Source of the DNA: Acidimicrobiia bacterium
GTDB taxonomy: Bacteria > Actinomycetota > Acidimicrobiia > IMCC26256 > JAMXLJ01
NCBI GenBank assembly: GCA_024281095.1
Contig: JAMXLJ010000081.1
Location: 1,361 to 65,360, forward strand
Length of the DNA stretch: 64,000 nucleotides
Reading direction: 5' to 3'
The position numbers and the translations under genes were made by a program. Numbering within the stretch: position 1 is the first letter of the stretch; each line of letters starts with the position of its first letter. This document shows, in pieces, positions 37,677 to 46,497 of the stretch. The notes under the pieces are model-generated. The model saw only the letters and a program-made list of their open reading frames with translations. It made no database searches and had not been told where the DNA came from.

Positions 37677-38876
37677 ATGATGGACGTCGAGGAGATCGCC
37701 GCGCAGCTGTCGGCAGTCGTGCGCGACCTCGAACCGGATGCGGTGCCGCTGCCCGAGGCGATGCGCCACTGGGAGGCATACAACGCGATCGTCCGTCAGG
37801 GCACCGCGGCCATGACCTTGCTGGCCCGGCGCGTCGAAGAATCCCGGGCGTGGGCGCGTGCTGGTCACCGCAGCGCGGTGGAGTTCATGGCGAAGGAGTC
37901 CGGCAGCTCGGTCGGTACGGCGCGAGCGCAGCTCGAAACGTCACAGAAGCTCGGGGGACTGCCGGCGATCGAGCACAAGATGCGGATCGGCGGCCTGTCC
38001 GGGTCGCAGACCGCGCTTCTGGTGGAGGGCGTCAGCGCGAACCCTGACGCCCAAGAACAGTTGCTCGAACAAGCCGAGCGCGGATCGCTGAAGGAGCTGC
38101 GCGATGCAGTGCTGCGGGCCCGGGCCGTAGCCGATCCGGAGCCAGAAGCGACACAGCGTCGTATCCACAGCCGGCGCCACTACCGCAGCTGGATCGATGC
38201 GGAAGGCGCGTGGCAGGCGGCCGTGCGCGGCACTGTCGTTGACGGAGCCGCGGTCGACGCAGCTCTGGAACCGCTGATCGACGAACTCTTCGCGAGAGCG
38301 CGAACCGAAGGTCGGCGCGAGCCCCGCGAGTCCTACGCGTTCGACGCGCTGGTCCTGCTCGCCACACGCGCCGCTGCGGGCACGCCGTCGATCAAATCGA
38401 ATCCGCGCTACACCACGATCGTGCGCGCCGACCTCGAAGCCCTGCGCCGTGGCCGGGTCGAGGGTGACGAGATGTGTGAGATCACGGGGATCGGCCCGAT
38501 CCCGGCCACCACGGCCCGTGAGCTGCTGGGCGAGAGCATCCTCAAGCTCGTCATCACCCGGGGGGTCGACGTTCTCAACGTGACCCACCTCGGGCGGGGC
38601 CCGAACGCAGCCCAGAAGATCGCGTTGTTGTGGTCGTCACCGACGTGCAGCGTCGAAGGCTGTTCCCGGACACGAGTCGAGATCGACCACCGCACGCCGT
38701 ACGCACAGAGCCGACACACACGGCTCGACGATCTGGACGCGTTGTGCCCGTATCACCATGCGCTGAAGACCTACGAGGGGTGGGCACTGGTCGACGGAAC
38801 CGGGAAACGTGCGATGGTCCCACCCGACGATGCCCGCCACCCGAAGAACCGGCCCAAGCCGCACCTGCGGCGGTGA
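37677..38876 (+). CDS. DUF222 / HNH endonuclease (13E12-repeat-type) protein
   Basis: N-terminal DUF222-like helical region and a C-terminal HNH motif (CSVEGCSRTRVEIDHRTPYAQSRHTRLDDLDALCPYHHALKT). Confidence 0.85.
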   Translation: MMDVEEIAAQLSAVVRDLEPDAVPLPEAMRHWEAYNAIVRQGTAAMTLLARRVEESRAWARAGHRSAVEFMAKESGSSVGTARAQLETSQKLGGLPAIEHKMRIGGLSGSQTALLVEGVSANPDAQEQLLEQAERGSLKELRDAVLRARAVADPEPEATQRRIHSRRHYRSWIDAEGAWQAAVRGTVVDGAAVDAALEPLIDELFARARTEGRREPRESYAFDALVLLATRAAAGTPSIKSNPRYTTIVRADLEALRRGRVEGDEMCEITGIGPIPATTARELLGESILKLVITRGVDVLNVTHLGRGPNAAQKIALLWSSPTCSVEGCSRTRVEIDHRTPYAQSRHTRLDDLDALCPYHHALKTYEGWALVDGTGKRAMVPPDDARHPKNRPKPHLRR

Positions 38877-38879
38877 GGG

Positions 38880-39515
38880 CTACGGCTCCGCGACCTTCGG
38901 GATGGTCGCGGCGCGGCGGTCCTGCTCGCACGCGGACCGTGCCGTGCAGCCGGCGATGTGGTCGTTGACGAGGCCGAGCGACTGCATCGCGGCGTAAACG
39001 GTCGTGGGGCCGACGAAGCGGAACCCGAGCCGGAGCAACGTCTTCGAGGCCGCGATCGATGCGTCGGTCTTCGAGGGAACGTCGCCGAATCCTCTTGGCG
39101 CGGCGCGGCCCCGGCGAGGTGGTTCGAACGACCACAGCAGCGCGGCGAGCGAGCCAAAACGATCCTGCACCTCGAGCGTGGCGCGTGCGTTCGCTATGGC
39201 GGCCTCGATCTTGCCGCGGTGCCGGACGATCCCCGCGTCGGCGAGGAGCCGCCCGACGTCGCGCGCTCCGAACCGCGCGACGGTGTCGGGCTCGAACTCC
39301 GCGAAGGCGCGACGGAACGCTTCGCGCTTGCGCAGGATCGTCAGCCACGACAGCCCCGATTGGAAGCCCTCCAGGCAGAGCTTCTCGTACATGCGCGCGT
39401 CGTCAGTGACGGGCCGGCCCCACTCGTCGTCGTGATACGCGACGTACTCCGGTGCCGACGTGGCCCATCCGCAACGCCGCCGACCGTCGTCGCCGCGCAC
39501 CAAGGCCGAGACCAT
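38880..39515 (-). CDS. tag: DNA-3-methyladenine glycosylase I
   Basis: Contains YHDDEWGRPV, FEKLCLEGFQSGLSW-type sequence (YEKLCLEGFQSGLSWLTILRKR) and a C-terminal Cys/His zinc site. Confidence 0.9.
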   Translation of the reverse strand: MVSALVRGDDGRRRCGWATSAPEYVAYHDDEWGRPVTDDARMYEKLCLEGFQSGLSWLTILRKREAFRRAFAEFEPDTVARFGARDVGRLLADAGIVRHRGKIEAAIANARATLEVQDRFGSLAALLWSFEPPRRGRAAPRGFGDVPSKTDASIAASKTLLRLGFRFVGPTTVYAAMQSLGLVNDHIAGCTARSACEQDRRAATIPKVAEP

Positions 39516-40681
39516 CAGGTGCGGTACCGCCAGGCCAGGTGTTCGCGCCGGCTCGCGATCTCAGCGGAGCGAGCCGGCGCGTCGACGCTCGGAGTGCCGG
39601 CCGGGAGCGCGGCGCGCACGTCTGCGAACGGCACGACCGACGTGCGCAGCTCCGGCAGTGCCGAGCCCCAGAAATGGCGGTAGTTCAGGAGCGCGACGGC
39701 TCGGCCCGTCGTATCGAGCCAATTCGCGACGCCGGGATCGCGGTGCGCCACGACCACGCGCACCTTGCCGTCGGCCGCGACGTGCGCCTGCCGGTGATTC
39801 AGGCTCGTGACCGACCCGATGTCGAACGGTCGGAAGAAGTGCATCCCGTACAGCTGGAAGCTCCAGTAGCGCGCGTCAGGTGCGTCACACTCGACGAGCA
39901 GCGCGTCGTCAGGACCGAGATCGCAGAAACAGAAGGCGAACTGCGAGAGCTGGAGCCCCCGTGGAACGTCGACCTTGCCGCCGAAGCTGTTGTCGTGCTG
40001 CCGGCCACGGGCGTCGCGCATGTAGTCGTTCCAGTACATGAGCGAGCGCTCGGTGAGATCGAGCGCCTCCGAGAGAGCTGCACCGTACGACAGGCCGCGC
40101 GCGGGCGGCCCGCCCAGGTGTTCGATCGTGAACGTGGCCGGCTCGCGTGGCTGCCAGTCGAAGTAGTACTCGCGGATCGAGCACATCACGGCGCCGGCGG
40201 GCAGCGGCACCCGATTGGCCTCGCCGCCCGAACCGCCCAACAGGACCTCGAAGGAACGATCACGACCGATACCGAGGTCGGACGCGGTGAGCTCGATCAG
40301 GGTCGCCGGACGATCGGTGTGCCGGAACCCGGCCCGGATCGCCAGCGCGAAGTCGTCGCAGGAATGCATGTGCCCGCGGATGCGGTACTCGTGACCCGGA
40401 GCGACGCGTGCATGGCGGTACACGTTGTCCGCGTTCGGACCGCCCCACGGCGTCACCGCGTCGTTCTGTCGCTGGAACGCGGGGCGCGCGGGGTCGCCGT
40501 ATCCGACCGACCACTCGAGCCAGCACAGCACCTGTTGCGCGAGATGCCGGAAGCATTCCTCGCGACCCGCGGGATCGGCCGGAAAGTCGTCGCCGAGCAC
40601 CCGCTGCCCGAGCGTCTGCAGCCCGTCGAGCAGGCCGCTCCAGGCCGCGAGCTGCGGCGCGACCGAGGCGGCGGCGGTCAT
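39515..40681 (-). CDS. DUF1214-like protein
   Basis: 388 aa. The pattern ...PWGGPNADNVYRHARV.PGHEYRIRG...YYFDW is recalled from DUF1214/DUF1254-type proteins. Assignment is by memory only. Confidence 0.55.
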   Translation of the reverse strand: MTAAASVAPQLAAWSGLLDGLQTLGQRVLGDDFPADPAGREECFRHLAQQVLCWLEWSVGYGDPARPAFQRQNDAVTPWGGPNADNVYRHARVAPGHEYRIRGHMHSCDDFALAIRAGFRHTDRPATLIELTASDLGIGRDRSFEVLLGGSGGEANRVPLPAGAVMCSIREYYFDWQPREPATFTIEHLGGPPARGLSYGAALSEALDLTERSLMYWNDYMRDARGRQHDNSFGGKVDVPRGLQLSQFAFCFCDLGPDDALLVECDAPDARYWSFQLYGMHFFRPFDIGSVTSLNHRQAHVAADGKVRVVVAHRDPGVANWLDTTGRAVALLNYRHFWGSALPELRTSVVPFADVRAALPAGTPSVDAPARSAEIASRREHLAWRYRT

Positions 40682-41952
40682 CGGAGCGCCTCGTCGACTA
40701 CGTCGAAGTGCTCCTGATACCGGGCGAACCGCTTGCGCTCCGCGTCGGGCGACAGCCCGAGATCACGGAACGAGTACCGGTGCTCGCCCCTGGCGGCACG
40801 CGGCTGCTCACGGAGATGCGCGCGCATCGCGTCCTCGGTCGCCGGGTCGTACGGGACACCGAGGTCGTCGAGCACGGCGTGCACCGTGTCAAGGGGCTCG
40901 GCGACGAACGCCGCGTACTGAGTGTGCGACACGCGAGCCGGATCGAGCGCGCCCTCGTCCAGGTGGACGAGCCGATCGAGCGACTCTCCGTAGAGCTCGG
41001 CGTGGTACGCGCCGATGTCGGCAAGGTCGACGTGATCGCTGTGGGCGTAGCGCAACGTGGCCACGAGGCTCGAGACGGAGCCCAACACCGCCAGTGGATC
41101 GCGGTGCGTGATCACCACGCGCGCCTCGGGATACGTCGCGAAGAGCGTCGGAAGCGAATGCAAGTGCACCGGCGACTTGAGCACCCAACGGCGCGGCTCG
41201 AACCGCCGCTGCAAGATCTGCAACACGAGTCGGTGCCAGTCGTACGCAGGGCGCATGTCGCAGCGGGCGAGCCACGCGACGTAGCTCGGCACCCGATACC
41301 GCGCCGTGAACTCCTCCGAACGGAACTCGAACGACATCGCCGAGACGCATTCCTTCTGCATACGCCCGCTGTACTCGTGGATCGCGTCGAGACCGGAGAC
41401 CACCATCGCGGGACGGCGCAGCTCACGGCCCGAGAGCGCGACGCGGGCCATGTCCGGATACCGGTGTGGGTCGGGCGGCGGAACGGGGCGCAGCAATTCC
41501 CAACCCTCAGGCGCGCGAGTGCCCGGAACGAGCGCGAGGAGCGCGTGCAGCACGGTCGTGCCCGTGCGCGGTGCACCCGCGATGAAGATGGGCTGCTCGA
41601 TCTCCTCGTCGAGCACCCCTGGGTCGCTGCGCACATACGCGACCGTCTGCGCGCGCACCTCCAGCAGTCGCAGGAAAAAGCGCCGGGTCAGACAACGGCC
41701 GAGCACGGTGAGCTCCGCCTCCTGTTCGAGCGCGGGGAGCAGCACATCGAGCGGCTCGAGGAACCCGTCGTCGCCGAACCCGTCTCCACCGGCACCTTCG
41801 ATGCCGAGCGTCGCTCGCGCCTCGGCCAGCAACCCGTCGCGGTCGAGGGGCAGCGCAGCTTCCTCCGTGATCACGGGCACCGCGCCCCGGTTGACCGCCT
41901 GCACCCAGTCCGGACGGGTGGGCGCGTACCGCCCGGCGCGGGTGTCAGGCAC
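40678..41952 (-). CDS. sulfotransferase-family protein
   Basis: PAPS 5'-phosphosulfate loop IAGAPRTGTTVLHALL and 3'-phosphate motif ITHRDPLAVLGS. The proposed GTG at 41952 overlaps the upstream stop. The ORF is open to 42045. Confidence 0.75.
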   Translation of the reverse strand: MPDTRAGRYAPTRPDWVQAVNRGAVPVITEEAALPLDRDGLLAEARATLGIEGAGGDGFGDDGFLEPLDVLLPALEQEAELTVLGRCLTRRFFLRLLEVRAQTVAYVRSDPGVLDEEIEQPIFIAGAPRTGTTVLHALLALVPGTRAPEGWELLRPVPPPDPHRYPDMARVALSGRELRRPAMVVSGLDAIHEYSGRMQKECVSAMSFEFRSEEFTARYRVPSYVAWLARCDMRPAYDWHRLVLQILQRRFEPRRWVLKSPVHLHSLPTLFATYPEARVVITHRDPLAVLGSVSSLVATLRYAHSDHVDLADIGAYHAELYGESLDRLVHLDEGALDPARVSHTQYAAFVAEPLDTVHAVLDDLGVPYDPATEDAMRAHLREQPRAARGEHRYSFRDLGLSPDAERKRFARYQEHFDVVDEALR

Positions 41953-42628
41953 GAGGCCGTTCCTGCACGTACACGGCGCTCGCCTCCGCGGTCGGCACGC
42001 CGTCGACCACGACCTCCCCGGAGGCGAAGCTCTTGCGCCCGTCACGGCCCGTGAAGCGGCCGAAGACGTCGACCGGCACGTCGAACGGCGTGCCGCCCTT
42101 CAGCGAGACCGACAGCGCGACAGTCATGCCGCTCGCGCCCGCGGCCCTCGCGGCGACGCCCAACACCTCGTCGAGCACGAGCGCGAGCACGCCTCCGTAC
42201 ACGCGGCCCGGCGAGCCGGCGTGCGCGACGGTGAAGCGGCATCGCGCGTGCACCTCGACCGGCACGGGCTCCGTCCCGGGCGGCGGCTCCGTCGGCCGCG
42301 CGATCCATTCGATCGGTGGCGCCTGCGGGTTCAGGCGCCCGGACCCCGCCTGCACCATGCTCTCGACACGCCCGTCGGCATGCCGCACGAGGAAGATCGG
42401 CTGCGTGCGCCGGCGCCGGCGCAGCGCGTCGGTGACCTCTGCGATTCGCTGCGCGGCCGCGTCGCGCTCCGCCGGGCTCACATCCGTCATCACGACCGCG
42501 CGCACGAGCTCGCGCACGCGTTCGACGAGCGCGAACGACTCCGCCGGGATCGACTCCGCCGCCGGGAGCGACTCACCGAGCTGCTCGGCGAGCCGCCCGG
42601 CCGAGATCGGGCCGCCGGACGGGTTCAC
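41945..42628 (-). CDS. hotdog-fold (PaaI-like) thioesterase with an N-terminal helical extension
   Basis: Core GRVYGGVLALVLDEVLG followed by a beta sheet. The N-terminal ~70 aa helix resembles that of the 45840-46478 protein. Confidence 0.7.
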   Translation of the reverse strand: MNPSGGPISAGRLAEQLGESLPAAESIPAESFALVERVRELVRAVVMTDVSPAERDAAAQRIAEVTDALRRRRRTQPIFLVRHADGRVESMVQAGSGRLNPQAPPIEWIARPTEPPPGTEPVPVEVHARCRFTVAHAGSPGRVYGGVLALVLDEVLGVAARAAGASGMTVALSVSLKGGTPFDVPVDVFGRFTGRDGRKSFASGEVVVDGVPTAEASAVYVQERPRA

Positions 42629-42638
42629 GGACTGGACC

Positions 42639-42983
42639 CTACGCGTCGGCCGAGGTCGACGACCCGGGCGCGAGTGCGAGCGTGATCGTTCCGACGACGG
42701 TGTCGGCAGCGTCGCCGTCGCCGCGGCCGGCTCGCACCTCGACTCGTGCGGACTTCCCCGTGCGCGCGACGCTCACCGTCACGGATGCCGCGGCATCCGT
42801 CCGCGCCGCCGCGGACCCGATGAGCTCCCCGAGCTCACGGCGCAGCTCACCCGGCTGCGCCAGGACCCGCACGCGCGCCATCTCGATGTCGACGGCACGC
42901 CCGAGCAGTCGGGGCTCGGAGGCGTCGATCGCGCCGCGGATCTCCTCGATCAGATCGACCGGAGTGAGCTCCGTCCCGTCCAT
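42639..42983 (-). CDS. hypothetical protein resembling a degenerate, stand-alone histidine-kinase ATPase fragment
   Basis: Pattern PVDLIEEIRGAI...VRVLAQPGELRRELGELIGSAAART...VTVSVARTGKSARVEVRAGRGDG. It lacks the N-box Asn. This call is weak. Confidence 0.35.
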   Translation of the reverse strand: MDGTELTPVDLIEEIRGAIDASEPRLLGRAVDIEMARVRVLAQPGELRRELGELIGSAAARTDAAASVTVSVARTGKSARVEVRAGRGDGDAADTVVGTITLALAPGSSTSADA

Positions 42984-43063
42984 TGATCCGAAATGTACCG
43001 GGGCGACCGAACCTCGACCGCTGAGGCTCAAGCGCGCGAACCGAGCGGTCGAAAACAACCCGG

Positions 43064-43504
43064 ATGTCCACCGCCCCCGGAAACGCCGCCGACACCGCGG
43101 CGGCGGCCGCCCGCGCGCCGCGCCGGGCCTCGTATCGGGCCCGGGCCGAGATCCCCGCCGTGGTGGCGCGGGCCGGTGTCGCCCCGCCCCCCTGGGCGCG
43201 GTGCTGGGTACGCGACCTGTCCACCACCGGCGGCTTGATCGAAGGCACGCTCGGTTTCGAACCCGGTGAATCCGTGCGGCTGCGCTTCGGCAAACCGAAC
43301 GCGGTCATGACGTTCGACGCGACCGTGATGCGTATCGACGAGGAAGGGCGTCTGTTCGGCCTCCGGTTCGACGCCCTGGGCGACCACGACGCGAAGCGTC
43401 TCTACGAGCTCGTCATGGAGCTGGCCCAGGAGTACGTGAAATACCGGGCCCGTCACCTCGCGTGGGAGCCCGCGACCGCAGCGACCCGTTCACCACTGCG
43501 CTAG
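43064..43504 (+). CDS. PilZ domain protein (predicted c-di-GMP receptor)
   Basis: RxxxR motif (RASYR) and D.S..G motif (DLSTTGG) at the expected spacing. Confidence 0.75.
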   Translation: MSTAPGNAADTAAAAARAPRRASYRARAEIPAVVARAGVAPPPWARCWVRDLSTTGGLIEGTLGFEPGESVRLRFGKPNAVMTFDATVMRIDEEGRLFGLRFDALGDHDAKRLYELVMELAQEYVKYRARHLAWEPATAATRSPLR

Positions 43505-43550
43505 AAATGCACACCCGGCCTGCCCGGGGCCGCGGTGCATCGGGGGTCTG

Positions 43551-44225
43551 ATGGGAGAAGTCGGCACTGCCTACGCCGGATGCCGCGCCCGCATCGCCGA
43601 CCTCGTGGCCGAGCTCGACGACGTGCAGGCAAAGGCCGGCGTCCCTACCTGTCCGCTGTGGACGGTGCACGACGTCGTCGCCCATGTCACCGGGGTCGTG
43701 AGCGACGTGCAGGCCGGCCGCATCGACGGGATCGCGACCGATCCGTGGACGGCCGCCCAGGTGGAGGCCCGGTGTGGCTGCACGGTCCGGGAGATGCTCG
43801 ACGAGTGGAACGAGCACGCCGAGTGGTTCGAGGACCTGCTCGACGGCATCGGTGACCCGGGGCGCCAAGCCGTTGCCGACGTCGTGGCGCACGAGCACGA
43901 CATCAGGGCCGCGCTGCGCCGGCCCGGTGCGAGAGACACCGACGCCGTGCAGATCACGCTCGGGTTCATGGCGCCGGGCTTCGTCGCCTGGAACCGTGCA
44001 CGGGGCGTGGACGTGTGTGTTCGTACCACCGGCGGTCTGGTGTTCGGAGCGCGTGAAGCCGCGGTCTCGCTCACCGGCGACCCGTTCGAGTTGATGCGGG
44101 CCATGACCGGACGGCGCAGTGTCGAGCAGCTCCGCGCGATGAAGTGGAACGGCGAGCCCGAGCCGGTCATACCGGGTTTCGAATTCGGACCGTTCCGGCC
44201 CGCGGCGCAGCCGATCGACGAGTAG
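43551..44225 (+). CDS. DinB/mycothiol-dependent maleylpyruvate-isomerase-family protein
   Basis: N-terminal W.V.DVVAHV and a later VVAHEHDIR, the His ligands of the DinB_2/MDMPI fold. Confidence 0.75.
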   Translation: MGEVGTAYAGCRARIADLVAELDDVQAKAGVPTCPLWTVHDVVAHVTGVVSDVQAGRIDGIATDPWTAAQVEARCGCTVREMLDEWNEHAEWFEDLLDGIGDPGRQAVADVVAHEHDIRAALRRPGARDTDAVQITLGFMAPGFVAWNRARGVDVCVRTTGGLVFGAREAAVSLTGDPFELMRAMTGRRSVEQLRAMKWNGEPEPVIPGFEFGPFRPAAQPIDE

Positions 44226-44242
44226 ACCAGGCGGCGACGGAC

Positions 44243-45706
44243 GTGGTCGCGGCGGCCCGGGCGGCGGACGCGGTGCCGTGGCTCGTGGTGGCGGGCATCG
44301 CGCTCGCGGCGTGGACGGCGCTGTTCGTGGTCGTCGTGACGGCGACGATGCCCCGGCTGCCGGACCCGGGCCCCGAGACCATGGACGTGGGGCCCGAGTC
44401 GCCCGCAGTCGCCAACTTCCTCGTCAACCGCTGCCGGGTCACGACGTCGGCGTTGTCGGCCACGCTGGTCGACCTCGCGGCGCGGGGCCACCTGGCGTTG
44501 GACGACATCGGTGGTGGCGAGCAGCTCGTCCGCCTGCGTGAGCACTCGGCCGACGGGTTGCACGAATACGAGCAACAGGTGCTGGCCCTCGTGCGCAGTC
44601 ACGCAACCAACGGCACCGTGCCCGCGGCCGAGCTGTCACTGGGGTACGGCGACAAGGCCGAGCGATGGTGGGCGAAGTGGCAGAGCGAAGTTCTCGACCA
44701 CACCCGCGCGCTCGGTTTCGTGCGACGGCGATTCACGCGCGCGCAGGGCGGCCTGCTCGCGGGCACGCTCGTCGTCCCACTCCTCTTCGGCGGGATCGCG
44801 CTCGAGGTCTACGACGCGGCCACGCGCGCCGCGGAGCACAAGAAGTCGAACACCGGCGGCGGCATGGCGCTCGCGGGCTTCGTGTGGATCGCCGCGCTGG
44901 TGCTCGGAGCACGAGTGCTTCGCGGATGGCGTGACACGCCCCCAGGGGCGCAGGCAACCGCGCGCTGGCTCGGAGTGCGCGACTTCCTCCGACACGACGA
45001 GTCGTTTCGCGAGACGCCTCCCGCCGGTGTCGTGATATGGGACCGGCTGCTTGCGTACGGCGTCGCGTTGGGGGTCGCGCACGGCACCGATGCCGCGCTG
45101 CCGATCGGGCCTACCCGCAACGACGAGGGCTGGAGCCCGTACCGCGGGTTGTGGCGGCAGGTTCGCATCAAGTATCCGAGACGGTTCCGCTACGGCGAGC
45201 CTCCCGGACGGGCCGCGGCAACTTCCGTGCTCCTACTCGCGGGCGTCGCGGTGCTCGGCGTCTTCGTCGCGCGCACCTTCGTGCCCGCGCTCACCGACGC
45301 GCTCGACCGGCTCACGAACGGGAACAACTCGAACGACCGCTGGCTCCTCGCCGTCGCGGCAGCGGTGTTCGCGGTCCCCGTGGCGTACGTCGCGACACAG
45401 GTCGTCCGCGGTGTCGTCACGCTCCAGCGCGCGATCGGCGACTTCGGCCGGCGCGAGACCTTCGACGGTTACGTCGTACGCGTTCCGTGGCACTACGTCA
45501 GCGACAACGACGGCCACGGCCGCTGGGAGCCGACCGGCTACACCGCGGTCGACGACGGCCGGGCCGACGAGATCCACGCACTCCGCTATTACCGGCCAGA
45601 CGTTCGCGAGGGACAGACCGTTCATGTGACGATCACGCCCCGTATGCGCCATGTGATCGAGATGACGGTGGAGCCCAGTCCCGACGGACGGCGTGCCGCG
45701 ACGTGA
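44243..45706 (+). CDS. DUF2207-like polytopic membrane protein (lacks the usual N-terminal ectodomain)
   Basis: A TM helix is followed by PESPAVANFLVNRCRVTTSALSATLVDLAARGHLAL, more TM helices and a C-terminal soluble domain. The proposed GTG at 44243 lies after the upstream stop. Confidence 0.55.
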   Translation: MVAAARAADAVPWLVVAGIALAAWTALFVVVVTATMPRLPDPGPETMDVGPESPAVANFLVNRCRVTTSALSATLVDLAARGHLALDDIGGGEQLVRLREHSADGLHEYEQQVLALVRSHATNGTVPAAELSLGYGDKAERWWAKWQSEVLDHTRALGFVRRRFTRAQGGLLAGTLVVPLLFGGIALEVYDAATRAAEHKKSNTGGGMALAGFVWIAALVLGARVLRGWRDTPPGAQATARWLGVRDFLRHDESFRETPPAGVVIWDRLLAYGVALGVAHGTDAALPIGPTRNDEGWSPYRGLWRQVRIKYPRRFRYGEPPGRAAATSVLLLAGVAVLGVFVARTFVPALTDALDRLTNGNNSNDRWLLAVAAAVFAVPVAYVATQVVRGVVTLQRAIGDFGRRETFDGYVVRVPWHYVSDNDGHGRWEPTGYTAVDDGRADEIHALRYYRPDVREGQTVHVTITPRMRHVIEMTVEPSPDGRRAAT

Positions 45707-45839
45707 TGTCAGCAGGCGGGCCGATCTGCGGCGTCGCTGTAGCCGCCGGAGCGCGGCCTACGATCCCTGCGTGCCGCCGCCCGGGACGAGTCCGCACGCA
45801 CAGCATTCCCATCCCGGAGTCGCGGGACGGGCAACACAG

Positions 45840-46478
45840 ATGCTCGATCTCGCCGCCGCGGTGCGCCGGCTGATCGCCGCGACGGTGCTGAACCGTGCCC
45901 CGGCGGAGTCCGTCGGCGAGATCGCGAGCGAGCTGCACGCGCTCGCGGATCGCCTCGAGCGACACGTCCCCGACCCGCCTCCGCCCGTCACCGACATGAG
46001 CCATCCGGTGCCCGACCGCTCCGCACCGCACCTCGCGTCCGCCGGCGCCGCAATGGCCGCGAGCATGGCGTTCGACGTGGTGATCGGTCCGTACAGCCCA
46101 CTCGCGCTCCCGGTCGAGCTCACGCTCGAGCCGCCCCGCGCCGTCGGCCGGGCGTGCTTCACGCTCCCGTACGAAGGCCCGCCCGGCTGCGTCCACGGCG
46201 CCGTGATCGCGGCGACGTTCGACATCGTGTTGACGGCAGCCAATGTCATCAGCGGCGCGGCCGGACCCACGGTCAGCCTCACGACCCGGTACCTCCGGCC
46301 GACGCTGCTCCACGAAGAGGCGATGTTCGAGGCGTCGGTCGACCGGATCGAGGGCCGCCGTGTGTTCACCCACGGGCGCGTCGTACAAGGCGGCACGACC
46401 ACCGTCGAAGCCGATGGCGCGTTCGCGCTCATCGATCACAGCCGCACGCGTAGTCTCCGTGAGGAACGGCGGAGCTGA
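45840..46478 (+). CDS. hotdog-fold (PaaI-like) thioesterase with an N-terminal helical extension
   Basis: Core GCVHGAVIAATFDIVL. The N-terminal helix LDLAAAVRRLIAATV...ELHALADRLERH parallels the 41945-42628 protein. Confidence 0.7.
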   Translation: MLDLAAAVRRLIAATVLNRAPAESVGEIASELHALADRLERHVPDPPPPVTDMSHPVPDRSAPHLASAGAAMAASMAFDVVIGPYSPLALPVELTLEPPRAVGRACFTLPYEGPPGCVHGAVIAATFDIVLTAANVISGAAGPTVSLTTRYLRPTLLHEEAMFEASVDRIEGRRVFTHGRVVQGGTTTVEADGAFALIDHSRTRSLREERRS

Positions 46479-46497
46479 GAGGGCGGACGGCAGCACG

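Noticed and set aside
42984-43058. The longer 139-aa version of the ATPase-like minus-strand ORF, starting at 43058.
   Set aside because: It would leave only 5 bp before the divergent PilZ gene start. The added residues (MFSTARFARLSLSGRGSVAPVHFGS) carry no signal, so I preferred the internal ATG at 42983. The gene itself remains low-confidence.
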